From: Narcine bancroftii
Taxonomy: Eukaryota
NCBI RefSeq assembly: GCF_036971445.1
Contig: NC_091480.1
Coordinates: 62,002,001 to 62,066,000, forward strand
Length of the DNA stretch: 64,000 nt
Direction: 5' to 3'
The translations under genes and the position numbers were made by a program. The stretch's first letter is position 1. The number at the start of each line of letters is the position of its first letter. Under the pieces are notes generated by a model. It searched no databases. It was not told the DNA's origin and saw only the letters and a program-made list of their open reading frames with translations. Positions 1 to 10,094 of the stretch are shown in pieces.

Positions 1-3000
1 TTTTTACAGCGAAAACATCTGTCTGATACTGTTGGGTCCCATTTATTTAACTTTTGAGGTGTAATATACAGCCTGTGTATCCAGTTATATTGTATCATAC
101 GTAACCTCGTGTTTATTGTATTTCTCATAGTTCCGGAGCATAGCTTCTCCCATGTTTCATTCTTTATCTTTATGTTTAGATCTTGTTCCCATTTTTGTTT
201 AGTTTTACCATTTGTTTCCTCGTTCTCCTTTTCTTGCAGTTTGATGTACATGTTTGTTACAAATTTTTTGATTATCATTGTGTCTGTAATCACATATTCA
301 AAATTGCTTCCTTCTGGTAACCTCAGACTGTTTCCCAATTTGTCCTTCAAGTAGCTTTTCAGTTGGTAGTATGCAAACATTGTATCGTGAGTTATGTTAT
401 ATTTATCCTTCATTTGTTCAAAGGATAATAATTTATTTCCCGAAAAGCAATTTTCTATTCTTTTCATCCCTTTTCTCTCCCATTCTCCAAAGGAAAGGTC
501 ATCTATTGTAAAAGGGATTAGCTGATTTTGCGTCAGTATTAGTTTTGGTAGTTGGTAATTTGTTTTATTCCTTTCTACATGAATCTTCTTCCAAATATTG
601 AGCAGATGATGTAATACTGGAGAATTCTTACGTTGTACCAATTTTTCATCCCATTTATATAATATATGTTTGGGTATCTTCTCCCCTATTTTATCTAGTT
701 CTAATCTAGTCCAATCTGGCTTTTTCCTTGTTTGATAAAAATCTGATAGGTATCTTAATTGTGCGGCTCTATAATAATTTTTAAAGTTTGGCAGTTGTAA
801 GCCTCCTTGTTTATACCATTATGTTAATTTATCTAGTGCTATCCTCGGTTTCCCCCCTTTCCATAGAAATTTCCTTATTATTTTCTTTAACTCCTTGAAG
901 AATTTCTATGTCAAGTGTATTGGCAATGTCTGAAATAGGTATTGTATCCTTAGGAAAATGTTCATTTTAATACAGTTTATCCTTCCTATTAGTGTTACTG
1001 GTAAGTCTTTCCAATGCTCTAAGTCGTCCTGTAATTTTTTCATTAGGGGATAATAATTGAGTTTATATTGATGGCCGAGGTTTTTATTTATTTGTATACC
1101 TAGGTATCGCATTGCTTGTGTTTGCCATCTGAATGGTAATTCCTACTTAAATTTTGAGAAATCCGCATTATTCATTGGCATTGCTTCACTTTTATTTGCG
1201 TTGATCTTGTACCCCGACACTTCTCCATATTTCTTCAATTTCCCATGTAATTCTTTTATTGATATTTCTGGTTCTGTTAAGTTTATTATAACATCATCGG
1301 CAAATAAACTGATTTTATATTCCTTCTCTTTTATTTTTATCCCTTTTATTTTATTTTCTGTTCTTATCAGTTCTGCTAATGTTCTATAGCTAACGTGAAC
1401 AGTGAGGGAGATAGTGGACATCCCTGCCTTGTTGATCTGCTTAATTTAAATTGTTTTGATATATATCCATTTACTGTCACTTTCACCAATGGTCCCTTAT
1501 ATAATGCTTTAATCCAATTAATATATTTCTCTGGTAAGCTGAATTTTTGTAGTACTTTGAATAAATAATTCCATTCTACTCTGTCAAAGGCCTTCTCTGC
1601 GTCTAAAGCAACCGCGACTTTTGGAGTTTTATTTCCTTCTACTGCATGAATTAAGTTAATAAATTTACAGATATTGTCTGTTGTTCGTCTTTTTTTAATA
1701 AATCCAGTTTGGTCTAGATTTACTATTTTTGGTACATAGTCGGCTAATCTGTTTGCTAATAGTTTAGCTATTATCTTATAATCTGTGTTTAGTGAAGATA
1801 TTGGTCTATATGACGCTGGTGCGAGTGATTCTTTTCCTGTCTTTGGTATTACTGTAATTATTGCTGTTTTGCATGAATCTGGTAAGCTTTGTGTTTTATC
1901 TATCTGGTTGATTACTTCCAGGAGGGGAGGAATTAATAAATCTTTAAATGTTTTATAGAATTCTATTGGGAATCTATCCTCTCCTGGTGTTTTATTGTTC
2001 GGTAGTTTTTTTTTATCTCCTGTAATTCTTCTATTTCAAATGGTTTTATTAATTTATTTTGCTCCTCTCTTTGTAATTTCGGTAGTTCAATTTTAGTTAG
2101 AAATTCATCTATTTTGTTTTCTTTCCCTTCGTTTTCAGTTTGATATAGTTGATCGTAGAATTCCCTGAAGTTTTCATTGATCTCCGTTGGATTATATGTA
2201 ATTTGCTTGTCCTTTTTCCTTAATGCCAATACCATTCTTTTAGTTTGTTCTGTCTTAAGCAGCCACGCTCGAATTTTGTGTGTTTTTTCTCCTAGTTCAT
2301 AATATTTCTGTTTTGTCTTCATTATGTTCTTCTCCACCTTATATGTTTGTAGTGTTTCATATTTTATTTTTTTGTCTGCCAATTCTCTTGTTTTAGTTGT
2401 ATCTTCCTTTATTGCTAATTCTTTTTCTATATTTACTATTTCCCTTTCCAACTGCTGTTTCCTGATTGTAGTCCTTCTTCATCTTGGTTACATAACTTAT
2501 TATTTGCCCTCTAATGAACGCTTTCATTGCGTCCCATAGTATAAACTTATCTTTCACTGATTCCGTATTTATTTCAAAGTACATTTTAATTTGTCGTTCA
2601 ATGAATTCTCTAAAATCCTGTCTTTTAAGTAGCATGGAGTTTAACCTCTATCTATACATTCTTGGTGGGATGTCCTCTAGTTCTATTGCAAATAATAGGG
2701 GTGAGTGGTCCGATAACAGTCTAGCTTTATATTCCGTTTTCCTAACTCTCCTTTGAATGTGCGCTGATAACAGGAATAGGTCTATCCTTGAATATGTTTT
2801 ATGTCTGCCCGAATAATATGAATACTCCTTTTCCTTTGGGTGTTGTTTCCTCCATATATCCAAAAGTTGCATTTCTTGCATCGATTTAATTATAAATTTG
2901 GTTACTTTGTTCTTTCTGTTAGTTTTTTTTTTCAGTTTTATCCATGTTTGAATCCAAATTAAGGTTAAAATCCCCTCCTATTAGTATGTTCCCTTGCGTA

Positions 3001-4023
3001 TCTGCTATCTTCAAAAAGATATCTTGCATAAATTTTTGATCTTCTTCATTAGGTGAATATACATTGAGTAAATTCCAAAATTCTGAATATATCTGACATT
3101 TTATCATTACATATCTCCCTGTTGGATCTATTATTTCCTATTCTATTTTGATTGGTACATTTTTATTGATTAATATAGTTACTCCTCTGGCTTTTGAATT
3201 ATATGATGCTGCTGTTACATGTCCTATCCAATCTCTCTTTAATTTCTTGTGTTCCACTTCAGTTAGATGTGTTTCTTGTACGAATGCTATATCAATTTTT
3301 TTTCTTTTTTCAGTAAACTTAACAGTTTCTTCCTTTTGATTTGGTTATGTATTCCATTAATATTTAAAGTCATATAGTTCAACATAGCCATTTCATACTT
3401 TGCTTATCTTTCCTTTCCGTTTCCTCATCATCACCTTTCCTTCTTATCCATTTCTGCTTTTTTTTTTGAACACATTATAAGACAACATTTCTAAAACATA
3501 AAATATTTCCACTATTCTCATATCTAAAATTCCTTTAACACCAATAGTCCCTCCCCTTCCTGAGTTGCCCTTTGTCCCTTGTCGGGCAACCACATCTCCC
3601 CTCTCCATTTGGATTTGCGAATTCACTCGCAAGCGTAAACTGATTTCGCAGTGACTGTAATTCTTCCCCACCCAGCCGACCCCCCCAGAAAAGATTTTAA
3701 TCTTCATATTTAACAAAGGTCACTCTCTTAATTCCCTCCTTACTTCCTTTCTTCCCTTTCTTTCCCTTCTTAGTTCTTACCTATACTCTATTTTTTATAT
3801 ATATATATACATACACACATATCTTCTTCTTTGGCTTGGCTTCGCGGACGAAGATTTATGGAGGGGGTAAAAAGTCCACGTCAGCTGCAGGCTCGTTTGT
3901 GGCTGACAAGTCCGATGCGGGACAGGCAGACACGGTTGCAGCGGCTGCAGGGGAAAATTGGTTGGTTGGGGTTGGGTGTTGAGTTTTTCCTCCTTTGCCT
4001 TATCTCCGCTCCATCCTCAACAT

Positions 4024-4059
<36 letters not shown>

Positions 4060-5583
4060 ACATACACACATACATATAGTTTGTGGTCATTTTTGTTCTT
4101 GTTACATCTCTTCATCTCTCTGTCTGTTTTGTAGTTGTTCTGCAAATTTTTGTGCTTCTTCCGGATCCGAGAATAGTCTGTTTTGCTGCCCCGGAATAAC
4201 TAGTTTAAGTACTGCTGGGTATTTTAACATAAATTTATAACCTTTTTTCCATAGGGTCGTTTTTGCTGCATTAAACTCCTGCCTCTTCTTCAGGTGTTCA
4301 AAACTTATATTTGGATAGTAACAAATTTTTTGACCCTTGTATTCCAGTGGTTTTTTGTCTTCTCTTATTTTCTTCATTGCCTTCTCCAATATATTTTCTC
4401 TTGTTGTATATCTTAGGAATTTTACTAGAATGGATCTTGGTTTTTGTTGTGGATATGGTTTAGGGGCTAATGTTCTGTGTGCTCATTCTATTTCCATTTC
4501 TTCCTGTAATTCTGGTCTTCCTAGGACCCTGGGGATCCATTCTTTTATAAATTCTTTCATATTTTTGCCTTCTTCATCTTCCTTAAGGCCCACTATCTTT
4601 ATATTGTTTCTTCTATTATAATTTTCCATTATATCTATCTTCTGAGCTAACAGCTCTTGTATCTCTTTAACTTTTTTTTAATCAGATTCTTCTAATTTCT
4701 TTTTTAAGTCATCTACTTCCATTTCTATGGCTGTTTTTCGATCTTCCACCTTGTCTACTCTTTTTCCTATATCTGACGTGATCATCTCTAATCTATTCAC
4801 TTTTTATTCTTCTTTTTATTTCACTGAATTCTTGTGACTGCCATTCTTTTACTGTTTCATTATATTCTTTAAAAAAAATATCCATGTACTTGCCCTTCCC
4901 TTCATCTTCCATTTCTCTGTGTTCTTCCTCTTCTTCTTTTGAGTCCACTCCAGGATCTGTGTCCTTTACCTCTGTCTCTTCTGGTTTTCTTGTTGGGTTG
5001 TTTGTTTTATTTTGTTGGGTATTTTTGGTCTTCTTATTTTTATTAGAAGTGTCTTGATGTTGGTCTTCTTCCTCTGGGTTGGTCATCTGTTGTTTCTTTG
5101 ATTTCTTATTTTTACTCCTTTCTTGCTCTCGTTATTTTCTATGTTTTCCTCTTGCTGTTGTGTTGTAGTTGTCTGTTTCAGCTGTGGAGATCGACTCCTC
5201 AGCTGGTCCCCCCTCCTGTCCGTGTTATTTTTGTCTTGCATATCGCGCATGCGCGGTTGCGCACTTTTGTTTGGCTCCGTGAGCCATTTTTGTAGTCCCG
5301 AGTTCAGGGCTTCGACTGACCTCAGGGAGCCGGTTTCTCTCTCCACGGCGGGCCTCCTCTTACAGGTAAGGCCTTCACCTTCTTCTTCTGACGTCTTTCC
5401 TTCTTCTTTTCTTCCTGTTGTTTTTGGCTTTTCTTTCTTCGCTGCCATTTTCTCCACACTTTTACTTTCACTTTGTTTTGGTTTTTATGTTTGTGCCTTT
5501 GCTTTTTCTCTATCTTTTTTTTAAACTTTTCTGGAGAGGGCTGGAGTTCCCCGACCGGCCACTACTCCATCACATGACTCCTC
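1..5583 (-). mobile_element. L1-clade LINE copy 1 (5' end intact, runs off the left edge of the window), degraded; lies in the MOB4-like intron 1
   Basis: ORF1 fragments 4102-5457 (coiled coil, RRM-like IKIVGLKE..ERAHR). ORF2 starts at 3391 with APE endonuclease motifs (NVYSPN, GGDFN, SRIDLF, SDHSP) and RT motif LFADD. The 5' terminus GGAGTCA(C/T)GTGATGGAGTAGTGGCCGG is shared with copies ending at 15317, 47335 and 58412. Many frameshifts. Confidence 0.93.
3823..4027 (-). mobile_element. Short RTE-clade LINE 3' fragment with a small 5' inversion, inserted in the (TA)n tract of the L1 spacer
   Basis: Reverse complement of the RTE 3' end seen at ~43090-43265 (CCGCGAAGCCAAGCCAAAGAAGA tail). 4003-4027 matches 42722-42746 in the opposite orientation. 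Confidence 0.85.
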
Positions 5584-5584
5584 C

Positions 5585-6400
5585 TCATTTGTATCTTATT
5601 GATGAGTCTCTTGTGCGGTTCTTATCAAACGCCTTCTGTAAATCCTAATATACATCAATCTGTTCCCCTCTATCTACTGCACCCATTATATCCTCAAAGA
5701 ACTCCAGCAAGTTTGTCCAACAAGACCTACCCTTTCTGAATCAATGCTGTGTCTACTTGATGGAACCCCTTCATTCTAAATGACTCGCTATTTCATCCTT
5801 AATGACACCTTCAAGCATTTTCCTGACTACAGATGTCAAGCTAACTAGCCGATAGTTAACCATCTTCTGCCTACATCCCTTTTTAAAAAGTGGTGATATT
5901 TGCTGTCTTCCAATCTGCCGCCCAGAATCCAGAGAATTTTGGTAAATGACTACCAACACATCAACTATAACTCCCGCCATTTCCCTCAGTACCAGGGGAT
6001 TTGTCTGCTTTCAATCCCATTAGTTTGCCTATCACTATCTCTTTTGTAACAATTATTTAATCGAGGCCCTAACCTCCCTTTGCATCCCTATCACAACTCT
6101 TTGGCATGCTGGACGTGACTTCCACCGTGAAGACTGACACAAAATATTTGTTCAATGCCTCATTACTCAATATCAATACCAGCTCTCCTCCCCTTCTCCC
6201 CATTTTGATCCTTTTTAAAACACTGAAATCTAGGAATATTCAGAATCCATTCCTGCCCTGGTGCCAGTCAGGTTCCTGTTCCACGTATGTATATACAAGC
6301 TATCAGTTCAACACCCTTATTCCTGATGCTTTTTGCATTCAAGTACAGGCACTTTAGCCCTTCTACCTTATTACTTTTATACCCTATATTCGGCTTCTTG
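5585..6400 (-). mobile_element. Degraded CR1-clade LINE fragment
   Basis: Minus-strand remnants LKCLYLNAKSIRNK (EN start) and PLFKKG..NYRLVSLTSVVRKMLE (CR1 RT). Confidence 0.8.
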
Positions 6401-6649
6401 TGAGGGGTTGGGGGATGCGGGGGTGGGCGTGAGGGGGTCCCTAGGGTAGAATGAGGATGAGGAGCCCCTGGGATGAGATGGGGGATTGTATCCCTGGGGT
6501 AGGTGGCTTCTGTGGTGAGGTGAGAAGGGTGAGGGTGCCCCTGCGGTGGGACGGGTCCCTGGGATGTGATGGGACGGATGAGGGGGGGTCCCTGAGGCGG
6601 GACGGGTGAGGCCGATCCAAGGGGGCAGAGGTGTGATGAAAGGGGGAAA

Positions 6650-7030
6650 TAGGCGACGTTAGTGATGTACAGCGTTACCATCCAATCAGCAGGCACCTCG
6701 TCGCCAAAGCGACCAATGAGGAGAGACGGTGAACGGGCGCAGACATGGGAGGCCAGGCTTGCGGCAGCCGCCATCAGCTCAGTCTGTCGCCCTCGTCCGT
6801 AACCGAGCCCACGGTCACAGCAGCCAGTTTAGCCTCTGCACACCTGGACCCAAGCGCGGATTTCGGCCATCGACAGCCGTCATTCGTCAGCCTCTCACCT
6901 GGCCTTTCGTTCCCGGTCTGTTTCTCCTCAGGAGAACAGTGGCCGCCATCTTCAGCGAAGCGCCGCTTAACGAGAACCCGGATGTAATTAAAGGCGCTGC
7001 CCCTTCCGGCTCAAAATGATATCGGCAAAG
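6650..7030 (-). promoter_or_regulatory. CpG-island promoter/first-exon region of the MOB4-like gene
   Basis: CpG-rich relative to flanks. YY1-type GCCGCCATCTT overlaps the ATG (6942-6952). ETS-type CCGGAT/CCGGAAG motifs at ~6978-7010; CCAAT boxes at ~6682 and ~6713. Confidence 0.6.
6899..6949 (-). CDS. MOB4: MOB4/phocein-like protein, coding exon 1 (MAATVLLRRNRPGTKGQ)
   Basis: ATG at 6949, 17 codons, then a phase-0 GTGAG donor. Matches the MOB4 N-terminus (human ...TAVLRRNRPGTKAQ, followed by an intron as I recall). Lies in a CpG-rich island. Only one short exon is visible, and it may be a paralog. Confidence 0.8.
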
Positions 7031-7119
7031 AATAAATTAGATGGTCTTGAAGGAAAGTGCAGCGATGGGCAGGAAGATGTATCTGTGTACATTGTTATGT
7101 CCCCAAATGTTAATAAGCA

Positions 7120-7468
7120 TCCAATACAGGCCCTTTGGCCCATGACATTGTACTAACCTTCGTAAAGCTACTCAACAATAATGAAAACCTTCCCCACTTC
7201 ACACCCATATCGCTCCATTTTTCTTACATCCATGTGCCTGTCTAAGATTCTTTTAAATGTTCATATTGTAGCAGCCTCCACCGCCTCCACATTGCATTCC
7301 AGGCACCCAGCACTCTCTGTGTCAAACAAAAGCTTACTCCTGATATCTCTCCTTAACTTCCCTCCCCTTACTATAAATAGGTATCCTCTGGTACTGGGGA
7401 ATAAAAGGATGCTGTCTGTCCACTCTACCTACACCCTTCATAATCTCATACACCTCTGATGTCACCTC
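7120..7468 (-). mobile_element. CR1 3'-end fragment, cut by the ERV LTR
   Basis: Minus-strand EVYEIMKGVGRVD resembles the CR1 C-terminus at ~39760-39810. It ends abruptly at the LTR. Confidence 0.65.
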
Positions 7469-8181
7469 TGTGAGAGATGGGAAAACTGATCTAAAATTAT
7501 GAACATGAAGGAAACTAAAATTCATACATCAGTTAATGGCTGTAACCAGTACAAACAGGATGAGCTTGGGAATTAGGATGCAGGAAAGCAGAGTCAGCAC
7601 GATTACCATAAGAATCTTCTAGTCTTTGTGACAAGATCAATGAGCCACCATAAGACTAAGATAAGGAGTGGTAAGGAACAATAGAATGTAGGAAGTTGAG
7701 GTAGTCTGGATCAGATAAGGGTCTCCTAGCCCTAGACAGAAGTACCAAGTTCTACATATCTAATTAGTTAACCTTACACAGATTTACAAAGTTATACATA
7801 TTAAATTAGTCAACCCTAGACAGGATGAGCCAACTCTGCATACCAAGAGACTGTAGCTCCGAGAATCAGGAAGGTGTGAATAAGGACAATAACATGAAGG
7901 GACACCGACAGGATACCCCCCCTGGTCCTCCAAGTATACTGAAACTGCACGTAGGCAGGAAGGATTGCCTATGCCAAACCCATCCAGGGGGCAGAAGAAT
8001 GTAAGGGGGAGGGTATTCTGATACTGAAATTTACTGTATAAAACTTGGGTGAGCCCCAGTGTATGTGTGTATTCTCAGGGTAAGGGGAAGCACCCAACTT
8101 TGCATTGTTGTTATAATAAATGTTCTTTGTTCTCAATTTTTGTCTCGAGCAATTTCTTTAAAGGTAATTCTGTTTCTAACA
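7469..8181 (+). repeat. ERV 5' LTR (provirus A), ~713 bp
   Basis: TGTGAGA...TCTAACA termini; TATAAAA at ~8037; AATAAA at ~8115; followed directly by a PBS. R/U5 closely resembles 17770-17927. Confidence 0.9.
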
Positions 8182-8183
8182 AA

Positions 8184-8201
8184 TGGGGGCTCGTCTGGGA
8201 T
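8184..8201 (+). other. tRNA-Pro primer binding site
   Basis: TGGGGGCTCGTCTGGGAT has one mismatch to the MLV-type Pro PBS TGGGGGCTCGTCCGGGAT and starts 2 nt after the LTR CA. Confidence 0.9.
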
Positions 8202-8405
8202 CACACTCCCTCCACTGACAGAGTGCCCGACGACGAGAGTAGGTGCACCCCAGCTGATTCAGCTGGACTCACAGACGACGGGTGGCTGGTCAGTGGAAGA
8301 AGCGAGTGTTATCCGAGAAGAGGCATTGAGAACAAACGACGGGAGGAAGCGCGCTAGAACATTGCTACTGGAACCCGGTAAGAGGAATTTTAATTGCCTA
8401 TCAGT

Positions 8406-10094
8406 ATGGGAAGTATGAGTAGCAAGGAAGAGAGTCCTGGTAAAGGATGTGAAAACCAGATAGCTACGTACAGCCCGCTTGGGTTGATGTTATCTGAGTG
8501 GGGCACGGGAAGGACCCGTGGGAAAGACAAACTGACAATGGTCAGGTATTGTTGTATTGAATGGGTTAAAAGCCCGGTTAAAGGGAGCTCCGTGTACTGG
8601 CCAAAGTTCGGATCCGAGGAAGACTGGATGTGTCAAGCTTTGAACATCTGGCTCTATCAAAACCAGAGGGACAATGTTGAGAGCAGGGAATATGCAGCCT
8701 GCTGGCTCAAGGGATCGATTGACCAACTGGTTTTGAACGAGAAAGAACTCAGGGATAAGAGAGAGGAGGAACCTTTTGTCCCTGAATCACAGGGGTGGGA
8801 TGTGCTACATTCCCTCCCTCCACCTTATGTTCCTCCTATGCCGGCTCCTATCTTTCCTTCCCCTCCTATGACCTACCCTTCTGCACCTCCCCCTCCTCCC
8901 CCACCACTAGAGAAGAAAGAAGAGAACCGGAGTGGTATGGTGACTCGCTCACAAAGCGCTCGATTACCATCTCCGTTGACAGGAGAGAGAGATCATTGTA
9001 ATTTAGAACAGTGTGAGATCCTTCAGGAAGAAAGGGCAGAACCCTTCGATTCATTTCCCAGGGAGCAGGAACTCAAATCTAATAAACCAGAAACCAGCTG
9101 GATGCGACCCCTGCGGGAGGTTCCCGTGGGAGAGGGTCTTGGGTTCGTAAATGTGCCCCTGACCAGCACTGAAGTGCGTAACTTTAAGAAAGAATTGACC
9201 TCCCTGATAGAAGATCGCCAGGGATGTGCCGAACAGTTAGACCAATTTTTGGGACCAAACCTGTATACTTGGGAGGAATTAACATCCATCTTTAAGACTC
9301 TGTTTACCTTAGATGAGCGGGGAATGATCCGACAGGCAGGCATTAGAGTCTGGGATAAGGAACACCAAGGGGGACACGAGGCGATACCTGGAGAAGCCAA
9401 ATTTCCCCTCACAAAACCTAATTGGGACAAAAATACTAGTGGTGGTCGCACACTGATGGAAGAATACAGGATTAATTTGATCAAAGGAATCAGAGAATCT
9501 GTCCCCAAAGGACAGAATTTCAAAAAAGCCTTTGAGGTTCCCCAAGGTCCCGAGGAGACCCCCTCTGCATTTCTCAATAGATTGCGCACGGCAATTCAAC
9601 AATATGGGGGTCTCGACATAGAATCTCCAGCAGGGGAACAATTGGTTCTAACGGGTTTTGTTACCAACTCAGCCCCAGACATCAGAAGAAAATTACAAAA
9701 GACAGAAAATTGGCACGAGCAAGGAATTACCCAGCTACTACAGATTGCTCAGAAAGCATTTGTCCAGAGGGCGGAAGATAAACAGAAAGGGAAAGCGAAA
9801 ATTTTAATGCAAGCAGTCATAGTAGATGAGCATCACAAAAAAGGTAGGGATTACGGGCCAACCTCTGTACGCGGTGAGGGGAGCCACGGGTGGGGAAGTG
9901 AGGACCCCAGCAGGTGGAGGAGTAGAGGAGGATTCCGGGGACGACGGGTGCCCCCTAGAAACGTTGGGAGAGATTGAGAAACAGGACCTCTTATTTGTTT
10001 CCATTGTAAAAAGGAAGGACACTTTAAAAAGGAATGCCCACTGCGAGCAATGGACACACGCTCCTATGGCCTGATGGAAGCTGATTACGAATAG
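8406..10094 (+). pseudogene. gag: ERV gag (class I, HERV-I-like) with one internal stop at 9975
   Basis: MGS myristoylation-type start, WPKFGS matrix motif, PPPY and PSAP late domains, major homology region QGPEETPSAFLNRL. The CCHC knuckle CFHCKKEGHFKKEC continues in the same frame past the TGA, ending at TAG 10092-10094. Confidence 0.92.

Noticed and set aside
5098..5648. Recurrent antisense ORFs over the L1 5' region (also 14618-15309, 46887-47456, 57717-58349), ORF0-like
   Set aside because: The T/C-rich antisense of a purine-rich ORF1 is naturally poor in stops. Starts and ends differ between copies and often use non-ATG codons.
6268..6774. 168-aa minus-strand ORF beginning MAAAASLASH
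   Set aside because: It runs through GC-rich intron 1 of the MOB4-like gene into a CR1 remnant. There is no recognisable domain, and the supported exon is 6899-6949.
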